NCBI GenBank assembly: GCA_002633005.1 | Contig: NMRA01000691.1 | Location: 1 to 64,000, forward strand | Origin: Phoronis australis | Taxonomy: Eukaryota; Animalia; Phoronida | Reading direction: 5' to 3' | Length of the DNA stretch: 64,000 nucleotides | Shown here: in pieces, positions 24,588 to 39,060 of the stretch | How the letters are laid out: every line of letters begins with the position of its first letter | Position numbering within the stretch: the first letter of the stretch is position 1 | Translations under genes and position numbers: made by a program | The notes under the pieces: generated by a model | Told to the model about the DNA's origin: nothing | The model's database searches: none | Seen by the model: the letters and a program-made list of their open reading frames with translations, nothing else

Positions 24588-26333
24588 CATGCTATGGACA
24601 GTCCCACTACATAAGATTGGTCCTAACCCCGGTCGTCAAGGTAAACGGTGGGAAATGGAAAATTGAACTAGACCGTATTTATCCACCTTGGCTGAGTAGC
24701 GCTCGGCTCACGATCAAAGGGATGCCGCCAAGCTGCACTATTCATGGAGTCACGAGCGAGGATAATTGGCTTCGCTCATGCGGATATGATCAGCTGATTA
24801 CAATCTACCTAGCAGACTGTACTTTTTATGGAGAGAGTTACATGTAGTTTTTACTGTAATATTTGAAAAGAGGAGCGAAAACAAATATGAGTACAACTTT
24901 GAATTTTTCAAATCGGCCCAGGATAAGAGATTTTGCAACACAGCAACACTCACGATTACTTTAAATCGGCGCGCACGAATACAAAAATATAGGACCCAAG
25001 TTATTTAGATTTTGGAACACATGCATTGCAATATTCAAAATACTTTTATTATGAATCTTACAAGCTGTAAAACGACGTTGTTTAATTTGATTGTGCTCAA
25101 TCATTGTCATCCGTCAAATCGGTAATTTCCGAGATGTGATCTGCGGCGTGCGCGTATGTGTACAAAACACGTGATTGTTATGTTCCTGAAGTACGAAAAT
25201 TAAGAAACTTTAGCATGCCGTTATTATTGACAGGGACACGATAAAACGAATTTGGATTTTGACTATAGTCTTGGTACAGCGAGCTGGCTGATCACTGCGT
25301 CAGTGTCTCCGTTAGACCCAGAAATTTCACACAGCCCGTGTAGTTCACTTCGTCCCCAACATGTAGATCGAACCTTGGACTATTAATACTCCACGGCAGA
25401 GCTAACGACCGTGGGCCTGTGCACACAAAATCTGTGAGTTAACTAGCACTCACCTTGCACGTTGCAGCCGTTTAAATGAAAAAACAATCTAGTAAACGCC
25501 AATTTCCTGCATAATCCTCCGCCTTTTGTAACAAAAAAGTCTATCGTCGATGACCCACACAGGCACGCTCCGGCACTCACTCTTATACGCAGACGAACTT
25601 CAAAACAAACGTCACGTGACAACAACATGTGTGTTCATCCAGAGATTTTTCTCGTGTTGTGGGGTACGATGTAGCGCAGATTTGCACTTAATCGCAATTA
25701 ATCTGGACTCCACATGAACTTTAAAAATTGTAGAACATAAGGAAGATTTCAGGTAATTTGTTGAGTCGAAACTATATTTTTATTCAAGAGTTCAAGTTTT
25801 CCTATTGACGATGGCGATTCAGCGACGCGTCAGTCGGCAAATTTTCGCCCGGTGATGAGCACAATTTTTTGAAAAATTATCGTAATTTAACAACGGAAGT
25901 TCATAGCAATGCACCACAATTTTGTAGAAAGACTGTCATAGGCTAAAAATACGTCACAGAGCTTAAATTTTATGAATCCTAGCTTCCGATTTTACCCGAC
26001 TGGGAAACCGGCTTTCAACTTCCGTAGGCTACAATAAGAATCCCCTCCCCGTGAAATGAATTTTTCTAAGCGTTTATTAGAGCCAATACAGTATACTGTT
26101 TTCCACTAAGGCTAGGTGATGCTACGACATTATTCTTTGTTGCATTTGTAACTGGTCTTGGCTAATTATCATTTTATGGCCTGGTCATCCATTTAGCCAA
26201 AAGTAGTTCTAGAGGTGGCTTATCAGCCAATTATTCACGCATGCTGACTCACAATAGAAGCATGATAAGAGTGAAGGTGGATAAATGCGGTGTTCCTACA
26301 GTTTCTTGTGCTAGTGGATGTGTTCACGACGTG
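24588..26333 (+). mobile_element. Non-autonomous ~1.75-kb DNA element, copy A, with imperfect ~30-bp TIRs starting CATG/CACG
   Basis: Collinear with 28491-30037. Left end CATGCTATGGACAGTCCCACTACATAAGA; right end reverse-complemented CACGTCGTGAACACATCCACTAGCACAAGA. No credible ORF. Confidence 0.82.
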
Positions 26334-28490
26334 TTTCAGCATGACATCAAAATCAGAAATTAGTAATGTGCTTCATTGCTTCATTTTTTTATGGAAAATC
26401 GATTATAGTTAACGGTACAATACTTAATTCATTGCAGCTTAGTTTCCCCGTGTCTATTAATTATTAATCCATACACCAGAGTGCACAGGAATTGTTATAT
26501 AACTTCATTACAAATATTGTTGAGAATTTCATATTTACCTTTACGTGACTCTTGCATCTTAATAGCCTCACAAACATTTGCACCTATAGAGTGAGCATCA
26601 ATGGTCGGTATGGTGAGTTTGTGACGAAACCGGTGGCTGTTACAATAGTCAATCAATTTATCCGCTGTGAACTGACGTAATAGCGCCACCTGAATTAGCT
26701 GCAGGCGATGCATCAAGCTGTGTTTACCCACAACCATTCAAATAACTCAAGCCAAGCTTGAGATAAAAACATACTTCATTGGGTTTCCATAAGACTAAGA
26801 AATGTCATTATTACAATGCAATTCTTCCAATAACAGTGACGAGCACGTCATCTAACACGAGAACTGTTGTCGCTAAAACACCAACAACACAATAATATCA
26901 ATTTATTACCTGCGTGAGTACTACATGTACCTCGTGTCCAAGGAAATTTTTCCAATGCCACCGAAGAATGAGATCAAATTTTCATTGCCTGTAGCAATCC
27001 TCGTGGACATATATCTTGGACATGCTTTTGTGTTTCTTAAGAGTACCCAAACCAATTTCAGACACGAGGCATCTTTATTAATTGCTTAAGCACAACTGCC
27101 AATTTTCACGTATTACAAATAACTTTCGAACGACAAAAGCCGAACTCATTCACGTGCCTTACATGCATGTTGCACCGTAACTAGTTCTGGTCCATGCTGA
27201 ACAATAATAGATGCCGTATTTTTTCAGTTGCACATCGTTTTCCAAAAACAAATCATAAGTTATGAAGTGAAGTGGTGCTGGATTTTTTGTTCCCTGGCCC
27301 TCAACGGTCGCAGCTGGCTTTAACAAACAAGGTATGGTACAAAGGCCACGACTCAAAACCGTACCGCTAACCTTTCGAAACCCAATCTTACTGAATTATG
27401 CCATGAAAGAGCTTATTGACGCAAAACATGCCGAGCCGCTTTGTTACAAAACGCCTTACGTCTATGAGCTTTTGAAAAATCCAGAAATGTGGCTAATATC
27501 GACGAGGGAATGTAAATTTCTTTAGATTAAGTGGGACGCTGACTAACATAGTAAGTTGTCGGATTCATGTGAAGCTTTTAGATATCGTTACTTTGTAAAC
27601 TGATGTCTAACATGCTGATAGGACTTGTTTTTAGAATGTTCCACTTTTGCATGAACAATGTCACAAATAGGACTTACCTAGTTTCCTTGAACAAATGAAA
27701 AGTTGCATAAAACGAAAACAAAACGATAAGTTAGAAATCTGTAACAATAATTTTGGGATTTTCTTTTGAATATTTATATCAAACGAAAAATGGCCTCTTG
27801 ATTGATACCGTTGTTTTGCTACCATTCTATCTTACTTGTTTGATAAATTTCTATAAAACAGTGACCATATAAATGGCAGAGGGGAAAAAAGGCAAGAAAC
27901 ACATTTTACAAAACATACTTTTGGTGCTATAGTTGGTTTGCTTGTCGGTAATGTCCCACGTGACCTCAAACATGACGTGAGGCCTTTGGTTTCAGAATAA
28001 GTAGGCCCCATACCGGAACCGCTTATGCTTCTTTTTAGGTCTATCAGTCTTTCAAAACTGTACGAACTTATAACTGTAGCCAGTAAGCCTACGTTGTACT
28101 TGGACACGCTAACGTCGGTTGTTAATTTGTCATTCAGCTCAGCACTATCTATTGTTTACCTTTATTGCATACTATGATCAATTTCTACTGTCCATTTTGT
28201 GCTGCACAAAACAATTAACAGATAATTAGTCTGCCAGCATTTATATCATGTTCGTGACGTTGTTGACAAGATAACGAAGTAGATTATTACGGAACAGTGA
28301 TGCTACTGGTCGTTCGACAAGAGATTTCTCGCTCATTAAAATTTCTAATTGGATATGTCATGAACGAGTCATAGAATCAACGAGTTTCAAAGCTTCATTA
28401 AAAGTAACCAGTGCGCTGGAAGTGCGTTTTTACAGGAGATTCCTATTTACTTACTGTATTTAATTTTAGGCTGAACTTTGTTCTCGATTT

Positions 28491-30037
28491 CATGCTATCT
28501 ATGAACATTCCCACTAAATAAGATTGGTCCTAACCCCAGTGATTAAGGTAAACGGTGGGGTATGGAAAATTGAACTAGACCGTATTTATCCACCTTGGCT
28601 GAGTCGCGCTCGGCTCACGATCAAAGGGATGCCGCCAAGCTGCTCTATTCATCGAGTCACGAGCGAGGATAATTGGCTTCGCTCATGCGGATATGATCAG
28701 CTGATTACAATCTACCTAGCAGACTNGGAACACATGCATTGCAATATTCAAAATACGTTTATTATGAATCTTACAAGCTGTAAAACGACGTTGTTAATTT
28801 CATTGTGTTCATTCATTGTCATCCGTCAAATCGGCAATTTCCGAGATATGATCTACGGCGTGCGCGTATGTGTACAAAACACGTGATTGTTATGTTCCTG
28901 AAGTACGAAAATTAAGAAGGCTTTAGCATGCCGTTCTTATTGAGAGGGGTACGATAAAACGAATTTGGATTTTGACTATAGTCTTGATACAGCGAGCTGG
29001 CTGACCACTGCGTCAGTGTCTCCGTTAGACCCAGAAATTTCACACAGCCCGGGTAGTTCACCTCGTCCCCAACATGTAGATCGAGCCATGGACTATTAAT
29101 ACTCCACGGCAGAGCTAACGACAGTCGGCGTGTGCACACAAAATCTGTGAGTTAACCAGCACTCACCTTGCACGTTGCAGCCGTTTAAGTGAAAACAATC
29201 TAGTAAACGCCATTTTCTTGCATAATCCTCCGCCTTTTGTAACAAAAAAGTCTGTCGTCGATGACCCGCACACGCACGCTCACTCGCAAAGGAACTTCAA
29301 AACAAACGTCATGTGAAAACAACATGTGTGTTCATCCAGAGATTTTTCTCGTGTTGTGGGGTACGATGTAGCGCAGATTTGCACTTAATCGCAATTAATC
29401 TGGACTCCACATGAACTTTAAAAACTGTAAAACATAAGGAAGATTTCAGGTAATTTGTTGAGTCGAAACTATATTTTTATTCAAGAGTTCAAGTTTTCCT
29501 ACAGACGATCGCGATTCAGCGACGCATCGGTCGGCAAGTTTTCGCCCTGTGATGAGGACAATTTTTTGAAAAAATATCGTAATTTAACAACGGAAGTTGA
29601 TAGCAATGCACCACAATTTTGTAGAAAGACTGTCATAGGCTACAAATACGTCACAGAGCGTAAATTTGATGAATCCTAGCTTCCGATTTTAGGTCCCGTT
29701 TGGGAAACCGGGTTTTAACTGCCGTAGGCTCACTACAATAAGCGTCCCCTCCCCGTGAAATGAATTTTTCTAAGCGTTTGTTTGAGCCAATACAGTATAC
29801 AGTTTTCCATGAAGGCTAGGTGATGCAAGACATTATTCTTTGTTGCATTATAGTAACTGGTCTAGGCTAATTATCATTTTATGGCTGGTCATCCATTCAG
29901 CCAAAAGTAGTTCCAGAGGTGGCTTATCAGCCAATTATTCTCGCATGTTGACTCACAATAGAAGCCTGATAAGAGTGAAGGTGGATAAATGCGGTGTTCC
30001 TGCAGTTTCTTGTGGTAGTGGATGTGTTCACGATATG
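28491..30037 (+). mobile_element. Non-autonomous ~1.75-kb DNA element, copy B (about 200 bp missing at the N, 28726)
   Basis: Direct repeat of copy A, flanked by ATTT on both sides (28487-28490 and 30038-30041). Confidence 0.82.
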
Positions 30038-30942
30038 ATTTTGAATTCATTCGTATTATGTTGAGGCCATAAACGCTTGACACATGGAATGCCCTGGCTC
30101 CTTATTTTTGTATTCCTGTGCTCCTAACGCAGGAATCGAGCACTTGCACATGCGTTTTGTGTAATTTTTCTAATTACACGTAAGCCGTGAAACTATCAAC
30201 TCTTCCAATTAATTGCTTTTACAATTGAGAAATAACACCAGTTCGCGTTGGGCAACTACATTGATAACTTCAGAGCTTGACCATCAAGCCTGCATATTTC
30301 AGAGAGATTTGATTGGAAAAGTACAACGTTTTGATATTAAATTAATGCGCGACGCTTGCTATATTTGTTCAATATTCCTATTGAATTAACAGTACTCCTG
30401 TAATTCATCTACTACAGAGTTGTTGGTTCACCAGTCTTTATATAGATATCTCTCAAATGTGCCCACTAAGAATGCCGTGAAGTGCTACACTACAGGCAGA
30501 GTGGACTAGAAATATTGATGATTTTTCTTCTACTCCGTTCTATTGTGTTAGTTTATACACGTTTCTATTTTATAATCGGATTTGAAGCTCATTTCGCACA
30601 GAGCTTAACACCAAGATAAAAGGATAAAAATTAGTACACAGATTTGATAAATAACTTTTAACTACATTTATTTTACTAAAACGATTCCGAGAGACCTTTT
30701 AATTTCGTAGTCATTCTTGTACGTATACGAGCGCTACACCATACGTAATGTAGGAGGCCCACGTATGGTGGTCACCTTACACCATCGGCTCTGCAGACAT
30801 ACTCCAGAAAATGGCATGCAAATTAGCGAAACGTATGAAAACTTGCGTTCGTCAAACGCATGGGGTTGAACTATGCTTTAGAGATAGGCCAATAATGGGC
30901 ATCTTCCGTAGCCGAAAAACATTAACCTTGCTCGTAATGCAT

Positions 30943-31079
30943 CAGTGGCGCATTTAAGGGGATTGGGGAAGGGGGCCATGCCCTCCTAAAATTCTCCCTG
31001 ATTCCTTGAGGCAGTTCGGGGGTGCGAATGTCTGCCCTTCCCCCCTCCCCCGTAACTCAAAATCCTGGATCCGCCGCTG
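30943..31079. mobile_element. Short hAT-type MITE (CAGTGGCG...CGCCGCTG)
   Basis: Terminal inverted repeats cagtggcgcatt and reverse-complemented cagcggcggatc, with a G-rich then C-rich interior. No clean TSD. Confidence 0.6.
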
Positions 31080-31991
31080 CATACAAAAGAGGAAGACTTA
31101 AAAAAATAATCCTTAACACTGATTAATTTGTGTGCATCAACATTCTATTTGAAAGTTTCATGTGAATCCGATGAGTCATTTCTGATTTTCCGAAGTTTGC
31201 CAAATTTGGTAATTTTTTTCAAGGTCCTACAAAACCTTAAAGACTGGAACCAACTAAATCCTCCTACTCATGTCACAGATTGAACATTATGGTACTTGTT
31301 CGGTGGTCTTTCCCACATATGCCGTGTATTTGGTTAAAACCATAGGTCACGCTTGCCGTTTAGCAGGATTTGGAAGGAGTCAAGTTTCAGATTTCCTTCC
31401 AGACTTGAGACGGCCGTTGAGGGTTACAGAGTATTAAAATTATTGTTTTGCTTCAGTGAACTGAATGTGAAAGTCGTTTTAGTATCTGTTAATAGGCCAA
31501 AACTGCATTTGGTATCCGTTTAATTTAAACGCATCTCTGAAGTGGCACAATAGATACTTGTGTATTCTAGGAACCGTACATCTTGTCAGTAACTGCGGGC
31601 AATTTGCATTGGATGGAAATTAAATATTTGGCCAGGAAAGCCAGATTTGGCGTAAGTTCCGAGGAGGCATTAACGGAATGTTCAACGAATCTGGTTTCAT
31701 TGTATTTTGAACAACGCAAATGATAAGAATCCACCAGTTCGGCTGCAGACAGACTTTTTCAAGATAGCGGCCCCTACAAGTTGGCTTTTCTGCACATACA
31801 TGTAGACTGAGAAATTTACTGGGTTTCAGGTGTACCTCAAGCAAACCCATAATTGCAAAACAATCTACACGTAGTTCAATGACAGCACTTTTGAGCCTTA
31901 TTAATGTGGAATATGTAGGGAATTATTTAGAGTCTATTGGCTTATGTCTAGCATTGTTCGATAATTGCTCTAATCTCCGATAAGATCGTAT

Positions 31992-32410
31992 CATGTCGTG
32001 AACACTTCCACTAAAACAAGAAACTGTAGGAACACCGCATTTATCCACCTTCACTCTTATCAGGCTTCTATTGTGAGTCAGCATGCGTGAATAATTGGCT
32101 GATAAGTCTCCTCTGGAACTACTTTTGGCTGAATGGATGACCAGGCCATAAAATGATAATATTAGCCAAGACCAGTTACTAATGCAACAAAGAATAATGT
32201 CGTATTATCACCTAGCCTTGGTGGAAAGCTGTATACTGTATTGGCTCTAATAAACGCTTAGAAAAAATCATTTCACGGGGAGGGGATTCTTATTGTAGCC
32301 TACGGCAGTTGAAAGCCGGTTTCCCAAACGGGTAAAATCGGAAGCTAATATTCATAAAATTTACGCTTTGTGACGAATTTTTAGCCTATGACAGTCTTTC
32401 TACAAAATTG
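31992..32410 (-). mobile_element. Partial inverted copy C of the 1.75-kb element (right end)
   Basis: Starts CATGTCGTGAACACTTCCACTAAAACAAGA and is the reverse complement of ~25915-26333. Confidence 0.85.
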
Positions 32411-33099
32411 ATTAATTTCAGGTAGAATGAGACTTAGTGACAAAAACTAATTTAGCTTTTATACAAAGAAACTGAATCCAAACTCTCTTTCGAAAGCAAA
32501 ATATTACAAAAAATATTCAAAACTGTCGTACTCTGGGAATGGATCGTTTGAATTTTGACAGTATTTCTTTGATAGACAAACCCCTGTAACATGTGTTTTC
32601 AAATATACTGTAACGAGCAACAAATAAACTTTATTACTTTTTTGTTGTTATCAGTTGCAATAGAACGACTTTATGTTAACATTCTGATCTTACACTACTG
32701 TTGCCAGATCAATGTTTCCGTAAAACAGTACTTCCTGCATACATACGATTTACACCCCGACGCTCTATAAAAGGTTCACCGTCGGTGCTTGCGATAAAAA
32801 TTGATAAAGGTGCAATAAGAGCAGAGACGGTTATTAAGTTTTCACTTACAAAGGAGGCACATGTAAACGCTGGAGATTGGTTCGGGGTCGATTTGCTATT
32901 TGTAGGAGTTTACTCCAAAGGGTCATTTGCCCACTCCGAAATTTTTAGGAATATCAAGCTTTCGAAAACTGTGATTTCGGAAAGGGACTCATACATGTTT
33001 TCTCGGTCACTTCGTTCTGTATCTGTATTGAAATTATCAGTGTTTGCCATGCAGTCATTATAACATAAATTTAGTTTTCTCTATGACTGCTGCGTCCAA

Positions 33100-33720
33100 G
33101 GGCCCCATTTCGCAAAAACTTATTAAAATAATATTAAGTTAACTTAAGACAGATATTCAGAATTAGTTAAGTCCGGCAACGACATTTCCGTAAAAACGTT
33201 TAAAGAAGCAATAAGATTTTGATGTTGGATCTTAGACAAACAATATGGCGCATTTTGACATAGGTTGATATACAAACTACCTCTTCACCACCTGCTACAG
33301 GTTCAAGAGCTAAGCAAGGCGGTGTGGAAAATAAAATTTCAGGAACAATGTTGAAACAAATGGAAATTCATTGGCTTGAGAAGACCGTGATATGGCTTGA
33401 AGATATTTCACATGTGCTGCCCTGCATTGTCTCTACGTCCATTACAGTTCTCCAATGCAGAAGAATTTAACAATGCTGAGGGACATTGGATTGTAAAAAA
33501 ATAGTGACTTTTTTCTTAACAGTTTACGCTGTTAGTAGTTTTAAAATTTGGCCATTTAGACTAAAGGTCCAATCAGAGGTACGTTAAATTTATGTCCTAG
33601 CTTAGACAGATCTCTGTCTTAATTTTGCTCTGATATGAATTATGAATCAATGCTAAGACATTGAGGTCTTAAGTTATCAGGTTGAGACAAGACGGATTTT
33701 TTTTTCATGAAACGGACCAG
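33100..33720. mobile_element. Possible PIF/Harbinger-type non-autonomous element
   Basis: Ends gggccccatttcgcaaaaa and reverse-complemented cctggtccgtttcatgaaaa, with ttaagac/gtcttaa subterminal motifs. TSD not clear. Confidence 0.4.
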
Positions 33721-34070
33721 GTACTGCTGTTATTTTGAGAATTCTGACTATGGTTTTGATTTTTTCTTGAGTGGTTGAATGGAAGAGGGGCAAAGAGGGA
33801 TCAAAATTCCGGTTCCGTGCGTTCCTTTCCTTTTGGCACTTTTCCCGATTGTCACTCTTGACTTCTGTTTCCGATTCCCAAAGAATGTTTGCACCAGATC
33901 CCAGCTAAAATTTTCATCATTATTGAAAGTAGTCTTGATTTAACGTACTGTAGTACTCTTGAAAAGAAAGTACATTTAAGTGAATTTTTTTCTAATTTAG
34001 GACAAATATTGAATTTCATCTACCAAAGTATATCAGTACTGTAGAAGTACTTTGTAAAATACAGCGCTGT

Positions 34071-34980
34071 CCCCACTTATTTCGGTGCTGCGCCCCACAT
34101 GCCCACTGAACGATAAACATTGCAATTAATAGATCTGTCTAAATCGACTCGCATTCTTGTTAAAACATTTTTACTCAAAACCACTTGAAACTTTAAACAA
34201 AATAGAATTTAAGTCAATCTATAAAGTAACATTTAAGCAAGTACATGTAAAATACAGCTTCGTAAGTGTGGGAATTTTTATTATCGATTTTTTAATATCT
34301 ATAGTTGTCTATGCAACTATACTGTGTTTATTCACAATCGAGCTTAATGTCGACGGTATAAAAATGGATTATTACACGGCGAAGTCGTTATCTCCCGTAA
34401 TCTAAAGTCCAACTGGATTTTGGAGAATAAAAATTTCAATTCTCGTAATAAACTAGTGTGCTTTATTGATACCACACACCATGGGCGGCGCACCATAGGG
34501 GGCTGGGAGGGGGTTATTAGCCACCCCCTTATTTCGGTGTTCCGCCGCCCGTGCACATTGAACGACAAACATTGCATTGGATAGATCTGCCTCTCTCGAC
34601 TTCCCTGGGCTTCGTAACTTCTTTCTACGTAGAAGTACCAATGTCGGAAGTCGTGGTCTTATAAGAAACGCCAAGTCATTCTTGTTAAAATGATTTTATT
34701 TAAAATCAATCGAAACTTTAAACAAAATAGAAAAAAGAGAATCTGTCAAATAAGATTGAAGCAAACATGGCAGCTTACTGCACAGCTTGTGCTATGCTTC
34801 CACCGGGAAAACATTGTTTGCTGACGTAGGTTACCACCGGTTACTGAGTATAACGTCCAAGTCAAAGATTCCAGACAACATAATTGCACCATCGTTTGTT
34901 GTATTTGGGAAGAAGAAGAAGATAATCCCCGTGTTTAAATTGGAGATCGATGATTTACAAGTGAATGAAAATGATAGAGG
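34071..34980 (+). repeat. Interspersed repeat with a local partial duplication, related to 38612-39060
   Basis: gattattacacggcgaagtcgttat..tggattttggagaat is shared with 38612. 34071-34208 resembles 34524-34732. A small CATGGGCGGCG..CGCCGCCCGTG MITE is nested at ~34480-34553. Confidence 0.7.
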
Positions 34981-35279
34981 AATGAAAGATGTTTCTTTTA
35001 TTGAAATTGTACCTAAAAAAATTTCGGTACAATGCGGTTGGTTGAACTAGCAATTATTGCGCGTCCTCAAAGTATTCAGTTTTGAAAGTTTTGTAATTTT
35101 CCTCAAAGCTTTTGAGAGCTGTCGATCGAAATCCCCTCTCGAAATCCCTGGCCACGGGCCTGAGAACCCTACTCCAAAAACACTCATAATTGCGTAGCTA
35201 ACTGTTGCAGAGGAATTTATAGTAGCGACGTTCAAGCTGGTACTTACCTTACCCCCAGAGATCAAGGATACGATGGTCA

Positions 35280-36290
35280 GTGGACACATCTGTGAGCCAA
35301 GCAGAGAGCTTGTTACAGATCAGAGGTATCATTGGCAACACCTGTGTAGGACGACAAGTTTTGGAGACATCCCAGTTCCAACAATGGGAAAAGGCGAAAG
35401 TGAGACAGCGGAGGAAGATGGTTCAAGCTGAGGTGATATTATCAGAGGCGGAATCCCGGGAAGCTAAGGAGTTCCAACTTAACCAGGAGGGAGCATGGAC
35501 CAGTTGGAACCTCCCAGAGAGGAAGGTAACATAGACAGACATGTGTAGGATGGAGCCAATGCGTATTCATTTTCTGCTTTGCTCGGTCTACGACGTGTTG
35601 CCATCGCCTACTAACGTTCTACGCCAGGGCCTAGTGGATGACTCAACCTGCCAGTTGTGTGGAGGAAGAGTTATAGTTGCCCACATCGTATAGCACTTCA
35701 GCAGGGCCGATGTACATAGCGCCAGGGCCAAGTGCTGAAGACTCTTGCATAAATCATACATGTAGATGAAGAGCGTAAAACAAGAGTGAGTCAGCCCAGG
35801 GCAAGAACCCATCACATTCAATTCGTCAGGCCAGGTGAGCTATGGAAGAAGTCACATCAGCAGCCTTATATCTTGGATGTACATGTAGTAAGCACGCAGT
35901 TGAGAGTAGATCTGGGAAGAAAGCTTGTGTTCCCAAGTATTGTCAAAACAGCGCTGCACCCTGACATGATTCTGTGGTCGGATACTCATGAGGGTATTTT
36001 CATTATAGAGCGTACACTGCCATGGGAGGAAGGATGCGAGGAGACCCATGGAAGGAAGTTATCAAATTACAGCGAGATGGCGGAGACATGCAGAGCTAAA
36101 GGTTGCCGGACTTGTTTTTTTCCTGTAGAGGCACATGTAGAATGCAGATGCTTTCATGCAAGATCTGTATGGTTATTGTTGGTAAGGCTCGGTGTGCGAT
36201 AAGAGGGAAAAAGCTGTAGTGAGAGGACTGGGTGAGACAGCTGAGAGGACATCATTTTGGCTGTGGTATAGTCGGAGTGAAGGAAGTTAG
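35280..36290 (+). mobile_element. R2-group (HERO-like) non-LTR retrotransposon 3' remnant with a restriction-like endonuclease domain
   Basis: QEGAWTSW; FLLCSVYDVLPSPTN..CQLCG..AHI (zinc knuckle); LHPDMILWS..IIERTLPWEE..RKLSNY..C..KG..FPVE. Stops and frameshifts are present. Confidence 0.85.
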
Positions 36291-38611
36291 AGGCGAGTCA
36301 AGGAAGCTGGACGCCATCTGACGACATCAGGCTTTGCCTTCAACTAGATAGAGCACGAGGAAAGAAAAGTGATCCTGGTACAGCTGTTAAGAAGAAGGGG
36401 CGACAAGACCAAACTGCATAGAAGCCTGACAGCTATTGAGGCAGATAACACATGTATACCTGTCAGACATGTGAGTTATTCATGAATTCAATTACATAGC
36501 AAGAACTAACACCGGATCAATCAAATTAAAAAACTCTACGCATGCGCAGAGTAACCTCAGCAGCACGAAATCGAAGTTGGCATTCCAGGGCTAGAGTTCT
36601 GTGTTGCAATGAAGAAGTGTCCCTTTTTACGGCTCATTACGCAAAATCCAAAATGGTAATCATTAATTAAGCTCGCGTGGACGCAAACGAATACACCATT
36701 GGTTTTACGGGACACTTTTTTAATGTACACCAGACGGATGGTGATCTGCAAAACTGTAACGATACACAGAACAAGAATTTAATAACCCTAATGTATTGTA
36801 ACATAGTACAAGAAAATTTAATTCGAAATATATGAGTTATAACTGTCTAAAACCAAATATATTGCAATAACGTGTGCTGGAGAACATATTAAATCTGTTA
36901 CCTCTACTAAATATTTTGGAGTTCAACTTGGCCAGTCACCGTCAGGTGAAAAAATTGCTAAACATATTTTGAAAAATGCTAACTCCAGACTTAACTGTGT
37001 CATTCCACCAGAGCACCAAAATGTCGACTCTAGGGTCACTGACTGAGATTTTGAAAAATGATTGAGTGTACATACATCTTGTTGGGATATGTTCTAAATG
37101 CTTATTTGAAATTTTTGGGTTATTATATTTTAAGTTAGAGCATGATGGATATTTTTCCCAAAACAGCTCATTTTTGGTTCCAAACGGCTTTAAAACACAT
37201 TTTTCTATTTCAGACATTAATGCCTTTCCTATGATATAGGCTTCTGTATTCAAAGTGAAAAAAATAATTGTCGGTTCGACAGCTTTAACTCAATTTTTTA
37301 TAAAAAAAGCTAAATCGCTTTAAATATTGCACAAATCGAAACATTTCATTAAAAAGCACACGAATTACTCATGTCAGCCTAAAAATTGTCTCAAAGGACT
37401 TCAACCGTTTTGAGTATTGTCACCAGGCAATTATGTCATCACTTGCGCCTGTGTAATCTCTGACCCACGGTCAGTTAAGAACGCACTTACCCACTTTTCC
37501 ATTAAACCTATACAGTCTGTCGTAATACCTCCCTAAAATGTTCATTCTCAATAATTACCTGTCTTAGAACCAGTTTAAATGTATCAAAGTAACAAAAACA
37601 GTCGTTTAAAATTTTTGAATAATCAACATTGGGTCATTTTTAGAAAAGAAATTGAAAAAAGCCCATTCAAGAGATTTTTTTGATTTGTTCACATATCCAA
37701 CGTCTATCCAAAAATCATAAAATGTCCACAGCCCCGCAGAAGCACTTGAGTGACACACACTTTCAACTCTACAAAAAGTGCTTACATATTTACCTCACCT
37801 TATGATTGCAGCGAAATCATTAATATCAGTTTTATTTGGTAGTCCTCATGTCCCACTTCTTAATTCCATTATGTGTTTCCTCTCATTGCATGCAATCTAT
37901 CTGTATTTTATACTAGAAAAATTTTGTCGGTATGCAAAAAGTTGACGTTTTCTTTGTAAACTTTTGAAGGCCTATAGGTAAAAAACTAAGAGGTTAATTA
38001 GTGCAAAATTAGTGATTTATNCCTCATGTCCCACTTCTTAATTCCATTATGTGTTTCCTCTCATTGCATGCAATCTATCTGTATTTTATACTAGATAATT
38101 TTTTTCGGTATGCAAAAAGTATACGTTTTCTTTGTAAACTTTTGAAGGCCTATAGGTAAAAAACTAAGAGGTCAATTAGTGCAAAATTAGTGATTTATGT
38201 ACCAGAGCCACACCATGATCATTTACACACAATTTAAGGTGAATCTGTAAGATGACTACTAGAGTGAATTTGGATTTCTTTTATTTTTCTCGTGTAATGA
38301 CTGTTAAAATTTTATAAAGTCGCCAGTGCACCCATTTACAAGCCGCTCCTTTCGTCTCTGATTCTCTGTCATTTCGACCACGCTTGCTTTTCATTGTATC
38401 CAGGATTGTTTAAAACAAACAAAGATAAATTACATCACTGTTAAAATAAAATTATCATGTTCCTTCTGAAATTTCACCCTAGAACTCATATTGGAGCATC
38501 CAACAAGTTAATATTCTCTCCTTCTGGTAGAGAGTTACTTTTCTTAAACTTAGCTTGAAGTATACCATTTTCCATGCCTGTGCAACAACATCCTTTCTTC
38601 ATAATAAATAT

Positions 38612-39060
38612 AGATTATTACATGGCGAAGTCGTTATTCCCCGTTATCTAGAGCCCGAGTGGATTTTGGAGAATTATCGCCCGAACGAGAAACATTGAAA
38701 TGAATTGATCTACCTTTCTCGACTCGCCTCGGCTTTGTAACTACTTTCTATGCCAGAGGTCCGGGGTCGGAGGTCGTGACCTTTTCAGAAAAACCGAGAT
38801 GTTTTTGTAAAATAATGCTTTTACTCAAAACCAATTGAAAAATAAAACAAAGAGAATCTATCAATTAAGGTTTAGCAACTATTATAGCTTACTACACATT
38901 TCATCACGCTAAGCTTCGACCGTTAATATATCGTCTGCTAAAGTAGGTTACCACTAGTAACTGAATATAATGCTCAAATCAAAGGATCCCGACCACACGA
39001 CACCTGCATTCAAATTGGAGATCGGTGATATACAAGTGAGAGAACACGAGAGAAAAATTT
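38612..39060 (+). repeat. Interspersed repeat related to 34365-34980
   Basis: Shared blocks include gtaggttaccac..gt.actga.tataa and aaattggagatcg.tgat.tacaagtga. Confidence 0.7.

Noticed and set aside
24617-24847. Repeated ORF MVLTPV..KIELDRIYPPW (also at 28524)
   Set aside because: TTG start, no recognisable domain, and it lies inside a duplicated non-coding element.
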